Assembly: GCA_024650005.2 (NCBI GenBank)
Contig: CP122380.1
Span: forward strand, 704,001 to 768,000
Source: Candidatus Bathyarchaeum tardum
Lineage (GTDB): Archaea; Thermoproteota; Bathyarchaeia; Bathyarchaeales; Bathyarchaeaceae
Direction: 5' to 3'
DNA: 64,000 nt
The notes beneath the pieces were generated by a model that was not told where the DNA came from, searched no databases, and saw only the letters and a program-made list of their open reading frames with translations. The position numbers were made by a program, and so were the translations under genes. Numbering within the stretch: the stretch's first letter is position 1; each line of letters begins with the position of its first letter. Below are positions 28,251 to 38,040 of the stretch, piece by piece.

Positions 28251-28762
28251 AAGAATATGCACTTAAAGGAGTAAAAGCGTATCCAATTAACATTTTACCT
28301 GACGAACGCGGATTTTTCAGTGAAGCTTTAAGAACAGACTGGAAAGAATTTCTTGAAGACGAACAAGTAAACCAAATAAACTTGAGTTACAGTTATCCTA
28401 ACATTGTCCGTGCATGGCACAAGCACACACGAGGTCAAATTGACCACTTTTTAGTAGTTCAAGGGGCAATGAAAATCTGTGCCTACGATGAAAAAACTGG
28501 AAAAATGGCTGAAGTTGTTGCAAGCGGCAAAAAACCAACAGTAGTGCGAATACCTGGACAATACTTGCACGGAACAAAAACGGTAAGCAATGAACCGTCA
28601 TTGCTTGTGTATTTTGTTAACCGACTGTATGACTACAACAATCCTGATGAGCTTCGTGTAGCATGGAATGACCCCTGTGTAGTTCCTACAGAAATAAATG
28701 GCAAAAAAAATGATCCCCGTGTAGGCAAACCTTGGGACTGGTATCAATCACCAAACAAATAG
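28247..28762 (+). CDS. rmlC: dTDP-4-dehydrorhamnose 3,5-epimerase family
   Basis: DERGFFSE, VRAWHKH, IPG..LHG, YDYNNPDE. Confidence 0.85.
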   Translation: MKEYALKGVKAYPINILPDERGFFSEALRTDWKEFLEDEQVNQINLSYSYPNIVRAWHKHTRGQIDHFLVVQGAMKICAYDEKTGKMAEVVASGKKPTVVRIPGQYLHGTKTVSNEPSLLVYFVNRLYDYNNPDELRVAWNDPCVVPTEINGKKNDPRVGKPWDWYQSPNK

Positions 28763-28773
28763 TTGGGGTATAC

Positions 28774-29790
28774 TTGAACATTTTAGTAACTGGCGGAGCA
28801 GGGTACATCGGCTCAGTTATGAGCAGAATCCTCCTAGAAAAAGGCTACAACGTAACCGTTCTTGATCGCCTATTCTTCGGAACCGACTCGTTAAAAGAGG
28901 TAGCTGACCAAATAACCATTGTTAAAGATGACATCCGATTTTTTGACCCAAAACTCCTAGAAAATATTGATGCAGTCTTTGATTTGGCGGCTCTTTCTAA
29001 CGACCCCTGTGGTGAACTTGACCAACAAAAAACCTTGGAAATAAACTACAAAGGACGTGTTCGCGTAGCAAATCTTGCAAAAAAATATAACATCAAAAAA
29101 TACGTTTTTGCAAGCACCTGCAGTGTTTATGGTTTCCAAGATGAAATAATAAACGAAGAATCCGATTTGAATCCATTAACAACTTATGCAAAAGCTAGTG
29201 TGCTCGCAGAAAAAGAAATTATACCCCTTTTTGACAAAAATTTTTCACCAACTGTTCTGAGACAAGCTACAGTTTATGGATTTTCACACAGAATGCGCTT
29301 TGACTTAGCAATCAACGGAATGACATTAGGCTATTACAAAAATGGAAAAATTCCAATAATGCGTGACGGCAAACAATGGAGACCTTTCGTTAACATAAAA
29401 GATACTTCATGTGCGTTTATTAAGGTCTTAGAAACAGAACCTGAATTGGTTAGTGGGCAAATCTTTAACGTTGGAAGCAATGATCAGAACATACAAATTT
29501 TTGACCTAGCCAAACTGGTCGCCGAAGCATGTGACCTGCCCTTTAATTATGAATGGTATGGTGACTGTGACACCCGAAGTTATCGAGTGAGCTTCAACAA
29601 AATCAAAGATGCCTTGAATTTCAAACCTGAAACAACAATTAAACAAGGGGCAAAAAACGTGTTTAATGCTCTTAACAGCGGGACATTAAATCCAGATGAC
29701 CCGAGGATGATAACTGTCAAGTGGTATAAACATCTTTTAGAAATGCAAGAATTCCTTAAGTCAACAGAAATAGATGGCGTTTTATTATGA
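28774..29790 (+). CDS. NAD-dependent nucleotide-sugar epimerase/dehydratase (extended SDR)
   Basis: TGGAGYIG, LAALSNDP, YAKAS; probable TTG start at 28774. Confidence 0.88.
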   Translation: MNILVTGGAGYIGSVMSRILLEKGYNVTVLDRLFFGTDSLKEVADQITIVKDDIRFFDPKLLENIDAVFDLAALSNDPCGELDQQKTLEINYKGRVRVANLAKKYNIKKYVFASTCSVYGFQDEIINEESDLNPLTTYAKASVLAEKEIIPLFDKNFSPTVLRQATVYGFSHRMRFDLAINGMTLGYYKNGKIPIMRDGKQWRPFVNIKDTSCAFIKVLETEPELVSGQIFNVGSNDQNIQIFDLAKLVAEACDLPFNYEWYGDCDTRSYRVSFNKIKDALNFKPETTIKQGAKNVFNALNSGTLNPDDPRMITVKWYKHLLEMQEFLKSTEIDGVLL

Positions 29791-30641
29791 AAATAGCAAT
29801 TATCGGTTCAAACGGACAATTAGGCACTGATTTAGTGAAAATTTTCGAAACTAATCATGAAGTTGTTCCTTTAACTCATAAAGACATTGAAGTAGCTGAT
29901 TATGCCAGTTGTATGGTTTTGAAAAAACATCAACCTGATGTTATCGTAAACACTGCAGCTTTCCATAAAACAGACCAATGTGAAGAGGATTCACTGAAAA
30001 CTTTTTCTGTAAACACATTAGGTGCAAGAAATATTGCGACAATTTCCAAAGAAATCAATGCGATTTCTGTGTACATAAGTACTGACTACATTTTTAATGG
30101 GAAAAAAAACAAACCCTACGCTGAAAAAGATATCCCTAAACCAATAAACACTTATGGAATCTCAAAACTAGCGGGAGAATGTTTCACAAGTCAAAACCCA
30201 AAACACTACATCTTAAGAATAGCCAGCGTATTCGGACAAGCAGGAGCTAGCGGCAAAGGCGGAAACTTTGTGGAAACAATGATAACCAAAGCAAAAAACA
30301 ACGATCCTATAGCTGTTGTTGACGATATGTGGATGAGCCCTACATACACCAAAGATGCTGGGGAAATATTGAAAGGAATGTTGGAACTGAAAATTCCTTT
30401 TGGTGTGTACCATGCAACAAACGAGGGATATTGTTCATGGTATCAGTTTGCCCAAGAAATCTTTCGATTAACTGGATTGACTCCTGATATAAAACCAATA
30501 AAAACAGACCCTAATTATGGAAAAGCCAAACGCCCAGTATTCTCGGGGTTAACAAGTACAAAACTTTGTAAACACAAGTTAGAACCAAGAAACTGGAAAA
30601 AAGCCCTTAACGCATATTTAGTTGAAAAGGGACACATCTAA
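29787..30641 (+). CDS. rmlD: dTDP-4-dehydrorhamnose reductase
   Basis: GSNGQLG, ISTDYIFNG, YGISKLAGE, SPTYT. Confidence 0.92.
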   Translation: MKIAIIGSNGQLGTDLVKIFETNHEVVPLTHKDIEVADYASCMVLKKHQPDVIVNTAAFHKTDQCEEDSLKTFSVNTLGARNIATISKEINAISVYISTDYIFNGKKNKPYAEKDIPKPINTYGISKLAGECFTSQNPKHYILRIASVFGQAGASGKGGNFVETMITKAKNNDPIAVVDDMWMSPTYTKDAGEILKGMLELKIPFGVYHATNEGYCSWYQFAQEIFRLTGLTPDIKPIKTDPNYGKAKRPVFSGLTSTKLCKHKLEPRNWKKALNAYLVEKGHI

Positions 30642-30677
30642 AAAGAACAATTGTAACAATCTTGTGGGGAATCACAA

Positions 30678-31631
30678 TTGCATATTGCTCAGATAGGAAC
30701 TGGAAGAGTAGGGCGACCAACTGCATATACAATTTTATGTTCAGAATTAGCAGATAAAATAACTGTTTGTGACATAAAACCCGGACTGGCAACAGCTTTT
30801 GCTGAAGAACTAAAACACGTAACAGCCAGCCTGAAATTAGATGTAAAAATAACCGCCTGTGAAGCCGATGAAGAAGTGTCTGATGCTGACGTTGTTGTTG
30901 TTTCTGTTGGAAAACCTAGAACTCCAGGCGTTACGATGACTCGACGAGATTTAGCAGTACAAAACGGATCAATCATAAAACACGTTGCCAAGTCCTTAAC
31001 TGCAAATAATCCGAATGCTAAACATGTTATAATAACAAACCCTGTTGACGCTATGGCTATGGTTTACAAAAAATATTCCAACGCAAAATTTGTGATCAGC
31101 ACAGGAACTAATCTAGAAACTTTAAGGTTTAAATCCGGATTAGCTACTTCATTTAACATACCTGTCACATCTGTTGAAGGTTATGTTGGAGGGGAACACG
31201 GGACAAATGCAACAATTCTCTGGTCAACCGTAAAAATCAACAGATTGCCCTTGGATGAGTATATGCAAAAAACCAAAAAACGTCTTATCAAGGACGAAAT
31301 TGACTCATACGTAAAATCCGTTTCAAAACTTATTGTAGATAACATAGGTGGAACAGAATTTGGACCTGCAGCCGCATTTAGAGACATAATTCGAGCAATA
31401 GTAATGGACACTAACGAAATTTTGCCCATTGCTTCATCAACAACTGTTGATGGATTACCCGAACCTGTATTTATAAGTGTGCCACTTCAATTAGGGCGTT
31501 CAATTGGGTATTCATTATATGACAAACTTTCGACCCAAGAAAAAATCGGATTAAAAGATGCAGCAAAAGCAATATACCAAACATACAAAACCACAATTAG
31601 TGCATTAGAAAAACAACACCAAAATTGCTGA
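30678..31631 (+). CDS. Malate/lactate dehydrogenase family protein
   Basis: GTGRVG, GKPRTPG..RRDL, ITNPVD, GGEHG. Confidence 0.85.
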   Translation: MHIAQIGTGRVGRPTAYTILCSELADKITVCDIKPGLATAFAEELKHVTASLKLDVKITACEADEEVSDADVVVVSVGKPRTPGVTMTRRDLAVQNGSIIKHVAKSLTANNPNAKHVIITNPVDAMAMVYKKYSNAKFVISTGTNLETLRFKSGLATSFNIPVTSVEGYVGGEHGTNATILWSTVKINRLPLDEYMQKTKKRLIKDEIDSYVKSVSKLIVDNIGGTEFGPAAAFRDIIRAIVMDTNEILPIASSTTVDGLPEPVFISVPLQLGRSIGYSLYDKLSTQEKIGLKDAAKAIYQTYKTTISALEKQHQNC

Positions 31632-31849
31632 TGGAACTTTTGGTTACTTAGTTAGTAACAGAACCAAACAAAATGACAACTTGCATTTTTCAACACGGAT
31701 AAGTCTAGACAAATTTACTGATGTGCTATTAACTGTAGCTCGTGATTATGAGCAAAAAGCATTTGATTTTACGGTCCACTGAATAAACATCTATAATTAA
31801 ATTCGATATTACTTTATATTTGGAAAAGAGAAGTTTAAACGATTAAAAC

Positions 31850-33340
31850 ATGAAGACTAATATTTTCGCTAAAAAAATCCGGCTTCTAGGCACATTAGCA
31901 GTTTTAATAGTTATTTTAATGGCTCAAACAAACTTAGTGACGGTCAGGGCACAAGATTCAACTGTACCAGTAATTTATATTATTTCTCCTGAATCCACTA
32001 CCTATTCCACAGGTGACGTTGATCTAACTTTTACTTTAAATGAGGAGGTTTCTTGGATTGGGTATAGTTTGGACGGTGCAGACAATCAGACTATTACTGG
32101 TAATGTAACCCTTTCATCGTTATCAGAAGGCTCTCATGATATAGTTGTTTATGCCACAGATTTATTTGAAAACACAGGAGTATCAAACATTGTCACTTTT
32201 GAAATTTCACTAAGTACCTCAGACACTGAGCCCCCTGTCGTGGTTGTATCGTCACCAAGAAATTCAACTTATTCTTCACGAAATTTGGGTCTTAATTTCA
32301 CGGTGAGTGAAGATGTTTCTTGGATCGGTTATAGCGTGGATGGTGCAAGCAACATTACCGTTACGGGCAACTCTACCATTTGGGCTTTATCTGACGGTCC
32401 GCATACTCTTGTTATTTATGCTACTGACGCTTCTCAAAATACTGGAAAATCCGAAATTGTTTATTTTACGATTGACACTAGACCGCCTACAATTATTGTA
32501 TGGCCCCCTGGAAACACAACATATCCTACTTCTGAAATTTCTCTTGTTTTCACTTTGAGTGAGGAGGTTTCTTGGATCGGTTATAGCGTGGATGGTGCAA
32601 GCAATCAGACTATTACTGGTAATTTAACGCTTCCCTCTTTGCCGGATGGGTCTCATAATATTACTGTGTATGCAACTGATAATTTTAATAATACTGGACG
32701 CTCTAGAACTATTTTCTTTTCAATTGACACTACCCTTCCTGTCGTTTCTGTTTTATCTCCAATCAATTCAACATATTCGACAAATAGTGTTAATCTTAAT
32801 TTTACTGTAGGTGAGGAATTTTCTTGGGTTGGTTACAGTTTAAATGGGGCACGTAATCAGACTATTGACGGTGATATAGAGCTTTCTTCTTTGTCAGATG
32901 GGTCTCATAATATTGTTGTTTACGCTACTGATGTTAATAAGGTTAATACGGGAAATTCTAGCAAAATTTTCTTTACAGTTGACACCACTCCCCCTGTTGT
33001 TGAAATAATTTCACCTGTTCCTGACACAACTTATTCTGTGACAAATAACATTACATTATCATTCACTGTCAATGAAGAAGCATCGTTAAAATACAGCCTT
33101 GATGGGCAATCCAATATTACCATTGTAGATTCAATTATTTTATATAATTTAACTAATGGATTACATAACTTGACAATTTACGCTGAAGACTTGTATGGAA
33201 ACAGTGGAGCAACTGAAACTATTACTTTCACTGTAGACGTCGACAGAATTCTACAGCCAGTGGAAATTGTAACCGCTGTTATAATAATAGGTGTAGGATT
33301 TTTAATTGTAATTATTTTCGGATATAAGAATAAAGCCTGA
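31850..33340 (+). CDS. Cell-surface glycoprotein with ~5 Ig-like repeats and C-terminal TM anchor
   Basis: Repeated SP.N.TY..L.FT..E.VSWIGYS.DG..N.T..L..GSH.I.VYATD; many N-x-S/T sequons. Confidence 0.85.
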   Translation: MKTNIFAKKIRLLGTLAVLIVILMAQTNLVTVRAQDSTVPVIYIISPESTTYSTGDVDLTFTLNEEVSWIGYSLDGADNQTITGNVTLSSLSEGSHDIVVYATDLFENTGVSNIVTFEISLSTSDTEPPVVVVSSPRNSTYSSRNLGLNFTVSEDVSWIGYSVDGASNITVTGNSTIWALSDGPHTLVIYATDASQNTGKSEIVYFTIDTRPPTIIVWPPGNTTYPTSEISLVFTLSEEVSWIGYSVDGASNQTITGNLTLPSLPDGSHNITVYATDNFNNTGRSRTIFFSIDTTLPVVSVLSPINSTYSTNSVNLNFTVGEEFSWVGYSLNGARNQTIDGDIELSSLSDGSHNIVVYATDVNKVNTGNSSKIFFTVDTTPPVVEIISPVPDTTYSVTNNITLSFTVNEEASLKYSLDGQSNITIVDSIILYNLTNGLHNLTIYAEDLYGNSGATETITFTVDVDRILQPVEIVTAVIIIGVGFLIVIIFGYKNKA

Positions 33341-33627
33341 TTTGGATACATTATCTATCCTTAATATTGGAAATCAAAAAGTATGATGGCATTGTATTTT
33401 TTAACTCGGTTATTGGGTTGGTTGGGCTCATTGCTGTTTTTTTTTCTTTGATTTGTGGTCTGAAAATAGTTTGAATTGTTTGTTTTAGCGTTTTTTAATT
33501 TTTCAATTCAGTAATAATTTATATATTTATAGTTACTACAGGTTATTCTAATTAAGTGCAAAAAGGATAGTTATACATAAATTTGATGCAATTTATATGC
33601 GCAACTTTATACTTAGAGGGTTAATGG

Positions 33628-34701
33628 ATGCTGATTTCAATTATTATTGGGACGCGTCCAGAGATTATCAAAATGGCTCCAGTTATTCGGGAATGTGAGC
33701 AGTCGGGTTTGAATTATTTTGTTCTTCATACCGGACAGCACTACTCTTACAATATGGATAAAGTATTTTTTGAGCAACTCGGATTGTCTGAAGCAAAATA
33801 CAATTTAGACGTCGGTTCAGGTAGTCATGGAAAACAAACTGGTCAAATGTTGATTAGAATAGAACAGGTCCTCCAAAAAGAAAAACCTGATTTAGTTTTG
33901 GTTGAGGGTGACACCAATACCGTTCTTGCTGGTGCATTAGCTGCGGTTAAATTAGGAATAAAAGTTGGCCATGTTGAAGCAGGATTACGAAGTTACAATC
34001 GTAAAATGCCTGAAGAAATCAATAGAATTTTAGTTGACCATTCTTCGGATTATCTGTTTGCACCTACAGAAAAATCCCGTGAAATTCTTCTTGGCGAGGG
34101 AATTAGCAAAGAAAAAGTGTTCGTCACAGGTAACACTGTGGTTGATGCTGTTTTTCAAAATCTGGAACTTTCAAAAATTAAAACTACTATTTTGAATGAT
34201 CTTGGTCTTACATCTGGAGATTATTTTGTGGTTACTCTTCATCGGCAAGAAAATGTTGATAATATTGAAAATTTTTGTAGTATTGTAGAAGGCTTGCAGG
34301 CGGTTAGAAAAAAGTTTAATGTTAAAATAATTTTTCCTGTTCATCCTAGGTCAATAAAAAGTCTAAAAAAGTTTGGGCTATCTTTGAATGGTTTTAATTT
34401 GGTTGAGCCCTTGGATTATTTGTCTTTTTTACAGCTTGAAAACAATGCTCAGCTTGTACTTACTGATTCCGGTGGGGTGCAAGAAGAATCTTGTGTTTTG
34501 GGTGTTCCTTGCGTTACTTTGCGTGATGATACTGAAAGACCTGAAACCGTTGAAGTTGGATCTAACTTGTTAGCTGGAACTACCCCTGATAAGATATTAA
34601 AATGTTCAGAAATTATGCTTTCAAAACCTGTTGATTGGCGAAATCCTTATGGGGATGGCAATGCTGCAAAGGCTCTTATCTCTAAATTGAGTGAATTATG
34701 A
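33628..34701 (+). CDS. wecB: UDP-N-acetylglucosamine 2-epimerase (non-hydrolysing)
   Basis: GTRPEIIKMAP, HTGQHY, HVEAGLRS, TDSGGVQEE, TERPE. Confidence 0.95.
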   Translation: MLISIIIGTRPEIIKMAPVIRECEQSGLNYFVLHTGQHYSYNMDKVFFEQLGLSEAKYNLDVGSGSHGKQTGQMLIRIEQVLQKEKPDLVLVEGDTNTVLAGALAAVKLGIKVGHVEAGLRSYNRKMPEEINRILVDHSSDYLFAPTEKSREILLGEGISKEKVFVTGNTVVDAVFQNLELSKIKTTILNDLGLTSGDYFVVTLHRQENVDNIENFCSIVEGLQAVRKKFNVKIIFPVHPRSIKSLKKFGLSLNGFNLVEPLDYLSFLQLENNAQLVLTDSGGVQEESCVLGVPCVTLRDDTERPETVEVGSNLLAGTTPDKILKCSEIMLSKPVDWRNPYGDGNAAKALISKLSEL

Positions 34702-35059
34702 TTTTTATTATGAATAAGTCATTCTACTGATTTAATATTTTTTTGTTTGAACTATTTTGTGATTTATTATCGTTTTAATGTATTATGGATCAATTTATTC
34801 GAATTTAACGGGTGGTAAAATACCAATTTTTTAACGTTACTAGAAAAAATGAAGCAATGGAATCAAGCAAAAATCTTACCCTGCAATCGGTAACAAAGGG
34901 TTTCTTGGGCTAAAAAACATAAGCAATGTAACATGGGTTGCCTTTCAATCACAAAATCTAAAAAACAACATTACCAAAGATATCCTTAGAAAACCAATTA
35001 GTAATTTTATTCAAAAATTAATCATAAAAAATAGTTTGCAAATCTAAGTTGATAGTTAA

Positions 35060-35974
35060 TTGAAAAAAATAAAATTAATTCTTCGTCTTGCCCGATTGCA
35101 TTTCTTACTTTTAGGATTTTTGCTGTATCTACTAGGATACCTTCTAGCAATTCAAGTAGGATCCCAACACAATTTAGCAAAATTTTTGTTCGGATATCTA
35201 ATATTTGGATCAGCTCACCTTTCAGTGTCCTTTAGCAACGATTACTTTGACCAACAAACCGACAAAAAATCATTACAAACCCCCTTCTCTGGAGGCAGCA
35301 AAGTATTAGTAAATTATCCTGAACTTCAAAAAATTGCATTAAACCTTGCGATCGCTCTTTTATTAACATCAGCAGTAACAAGCATAATTTTCACAATAAC
35401 ATACAACTACACTTTATGGTTTACAATTTTTGTAACATTTGGCGGACTTTTAGGATATTTCTACACTGCAAACCCAATAAAACTCGCCTATAGAGGATTA
35501 GGAGAAATAGCAACAATGATAGGGGTTGGAATATTCATGACCGGAATGGGATACTTTGTAGCCCAAGGTCAACTCAACACACTGTTTTTCTTGTTTTTCA
35601 TGCCCCTAAGTTTTTATGGGCTATTTTTTATCGTAACAGTTGAATTACCCGACATAAAATGCGACACATTTGCAAACAAAAAAACCCTAGTAGTAAAAAT
35701 TGGACAAAAAAATGGAAAAATAATTAGTTTCTTAGCAACCCTAACGGCAACAATCTACTTTTCCATAATTTCATACCTAAAAATCGCTAACGGCATAATC
35801 GACTGGGCACCATTCATTATTTTTTCTGCCCTACCCCTATTAGCATCAATATTTTCTGTGCTAACTAAAACAAATAATCAAAAAAGCCTAACAAAACAAG
35901 TCATGTTAAACATTATTTCATTAACAGTGTTTGTAATACTCTTAATTACTAGTCTGCTGCTGAAAAACATCTAA
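35060..35974 (+). CDS. UbiA/MenA-family prenyltransferase
   Basis: NDYFDQQTD, SGGSKVL, LAYRGLGE, ELPDIKCD..KKTL. Confidence 0.85.
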   Translation: MKKIKLILRLARLHFLLLGFLLYLLGYLLAIQVGSQHNLAKFLFGYLIFGSAHLSVSFSNDYFDQQTDKKSLQTPFSGGSKVLVNYPELQKIALNLAIALLLTSAVTSIIFTITYNYTLWFTIFVTFGGLLGYFYTANPIKLAYRGLGEIATMIGVGIFMTGMGYFVAQGQLNTLFFLFFMPLSFYGLFFIVTVELPDIKCDTFANKKTLVVKIGQKNGKIISFLATLTATIYFSIISYLKIANGIIDWAPFIIFSALPLLASIFSVLTKTNNQKSLTKQVMLNIISLTVFVILLITSLLLKNI

Positions 35975-35992
35975 AAAATCTTGGTTAAACAG

Positions 35993-36047
35993 GAAAAGAA
36001 GCAGGGATTATTCTGGCGCGTGGAATAAAGTCTCCCTGCTTCTTTTC
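35993..36047. other. Long stem-loop downstream of the prenyltransferase gene
   Basis: GAAAAGAAGCAGGGA/TCCCTGCTTCTTTTC 15-bp perfect arms plus inner TTATTC/GAATAA stem. Confidence 0.65.
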
Positions 36048-36154
36048 AGCTTGTTCCCCTGATTAATCAATCTTAATTTTCAGATAAAAAAATCTGTGAT
36101 AGAATATCTTCAATCACATATTGTTAACTACTCCTGCTGAGTAAACAATATAAT

Positions 36155-36290
36155 GTCAGCGGAGGAGCATGCTTAGAACGTTTTGCGTTTTAACAATGAG
36201 TGATCCAATCAAAAAGGCGAAAGATTGGAAAACGGCAAAAACGTTGTTTAACGGGCCAAACAAAAGTTCAAGGCTTAGACTCCGCTCGAC
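36155..36290 (+). ncRNA. Putative structured RNA / 5' leader, copy 2
   Basis: Core 36160-36284 nearly identical to copy 1; own outer stem GTCAGCGGAG/CTCCGCTCGAC. Confidence 0.6.
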
Positions 36291-36337
36291 CTTACGTGAA
36301 TCTGAAATATTTTATTACAGTAATTCTTGGTGATTTA

Positions 36338-36478
36338 ATGAGTGCTAAAAAGTCCAAACAAAACCGTGATCGACCAGTTCTTCACCCAAATTCTAAACTA
36401 AACCCCAAAAAAACCAAGATAACGTGTCATTTTGATTATTTTGGATATTTTAACAATAAAACATTCTGTTTAAATTGA
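36338..36478 (+). CDS. Small basic protein (46 aa) downstream of leader copy 2
   Basis: GGTGA SD before ATG 36338; MSAKKSKQNRDRPVLHPNSKLNPKKTK... Confidence 0.4.
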   Translation: MSAKKSKQNRDRPVLHPNSKLNPKKTKITCHFDYFGYFNNKTFCLN

Positions 36479-36494
36479 AGTTTGTTCATGAGGT

Positions 36495-37016
36495 TTGAAA
36501 ATGGAAAAAAGGAAACGCGTGATAATCTTCCTAGAAAATGGTTTTGAAGACAGTGAATTTGTTTATCCATATTACCGTTTTCAAGAAGCAGAATTTAATG
36601 TGGACATTGTTGCCCCTTTGGCAAACAAAGAATATGTAGGAAAACATGGTCTAACTTTCAAATCCAATTTAGCTCCTGAACAAGTAAATATTGATGATTA
36701 TAGTGGATTAATTATTCCAGGTGGATTTGCTCCAGACCGATTAAGAATCAACAAACAAATTGTTAATTTGATTCAACAAGCAAATAAAAAAAGCAAAATT
36801 ATTGCCGCAATATGTCATGGACCTCAACTACTAATTGAGGCAAAAATTGTGAAAGGAAAAAAAATGACTAGTTATGTTTCAGTTTCCACTGACTTAAAAA
36901 ATGCAGGTGCAATATTTTTAGACGAACCGGTCGTTAAAGACCATAATATAATCACATCCCGGCACCCAAGAGACCTTCCACAATTTTGTAAAGCAACAAT
37001 TGAAGCATTAACATGA
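36495..37016 (+). CDS. pfpI: PfpI/DJ-1 family protein
   Basis: GFEDSE, IPGGFAPDRLR, AAICHGPQ, ITSRHPRDL. Confidence 0.92.
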   Translation: MKMEKRKRVIIFLENGFEDSEFVYPYYRFQEAEFNVDIVAPLANKEYVGKHGLTFKSNLAPEQVNIDDYSGLIIPGGFAPDRLRINKQIVNLIQQANKKSKIIAAICHGPQLLIEAKIVKGKKMTSYVSVSTDLKNAGAIFLDEPVVKDHNIITSRHPRDLPQFCKATIEALT

Positions 37017-37127
37017 GAAATCAGCACTTAACAAAGTCAGTTTAGTTTCGTCTTTTTGTCTTTCAAAAAAGTTCTATCCAACAAAGCCATTAAATCCGTA
37101 TTAATTTATCATTTTTCAGTTTTTAAA

Positions 37128-37260
37128 ATGGTATTAAAGATAGTTTATCAGACGTGTAGTCACGTATTATGAGAAAGAAATTGACTTCGTTCCATTTTTC
37201 AAGTTCAGGGATGGTCATGATGGGACATGTCCTAGTTGTAAAGCTAAACCTGCCATTTGA
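37128..37260 (+). pseudogene. Frameshifted small zinc-ribbon gene
   Basis: MVLKIVYQTCSHVL then shifted frame EKEIDF..HDGTCPSCKAKP. Confidence 0.4.
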
Positions 37261-37390
37261 CCTATTAACTGCACAAATTTGATACAACGGAGTTAGCAAA
37301 AAAGCGAAAAAATATGGATCATAATTTTTATGGTCATATTAATAAGGTAGTAATAATTCTTCATTTCTTCAGTTTAGTGAGGACATAAAA

Positions 37391-37660
37391 ATGCCTGATG
37401 TGGCTGCAATAAACGGGAAAAAAACAAAAACATCATCAATAACTGTGCTAGACCTGACCCAAATCGATGGGGATGGTGATTTTGCTTGCCCCTCCTGTGG
37501 GGTTACAATTTCTCCTGAAGACGAAAGTGAAGAAGTATATACTATTCTCGACGAAAAAGTCAACGGGGAAGTTTTAGAAGAACTTGTTATTCAATGTAAC
37601 ACTTGTTCTTGTAAAATTCGTTTAATTGGTTTTCCTGCTCTTGACATGGGCGAAGAATAA
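37391..37660 (+). CDS. Small acidic zinc-finger protein
   Basis: DGDGDFACPSCG..ISPED..IQCNTC; GAGG SD. Confidence 0.75.
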   Translation: MPDVAAINGKKTKTSSITVLDLTQIDGDGDFACPSCGVTISPEDESEEVYTILDEKVNGEVLEELVIQCNTCSCKIRLIGFPALDMGEE

Positions 37661-38040
37661 CTGCTCGTTAATGCTTTTTCTATTTTTCATTTAAAATGTA
37701 TTAATTTTTACATTCGGAAAATTCATTTTTCTCCGATATCTATTGCTTTACTTGGACAAATTTTTTACATTCAAGGCTTACTGAACAAATGTTTTGTTTT
37801 GTCACTATTGGTTGGTCTTCAAACAACTCTAAAACCCCAAAATTGCAAGCTTTAACACATTTTTTGCAACCTTTGCAACGTGATTAATCAACTTTGATTT
37901 TTGCTATAATTCTTGTGATCGCCTGTTGTCAGTCTACTAATTACATGTTTGTTTCTTGATCATGAGTCTTATTGAACTGTAAACTATTGTCTGGATAGTA
38001 TCATTAAAAATAAAAAATGGGGCAAATAAAAGGAAAAAGG

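Noticed and set aside
36200-36337. 5' part of the 92-aa ORF 36200-36478
   Set aside because: It runs through the duplicated structured element; the SD-supported start is 36338.
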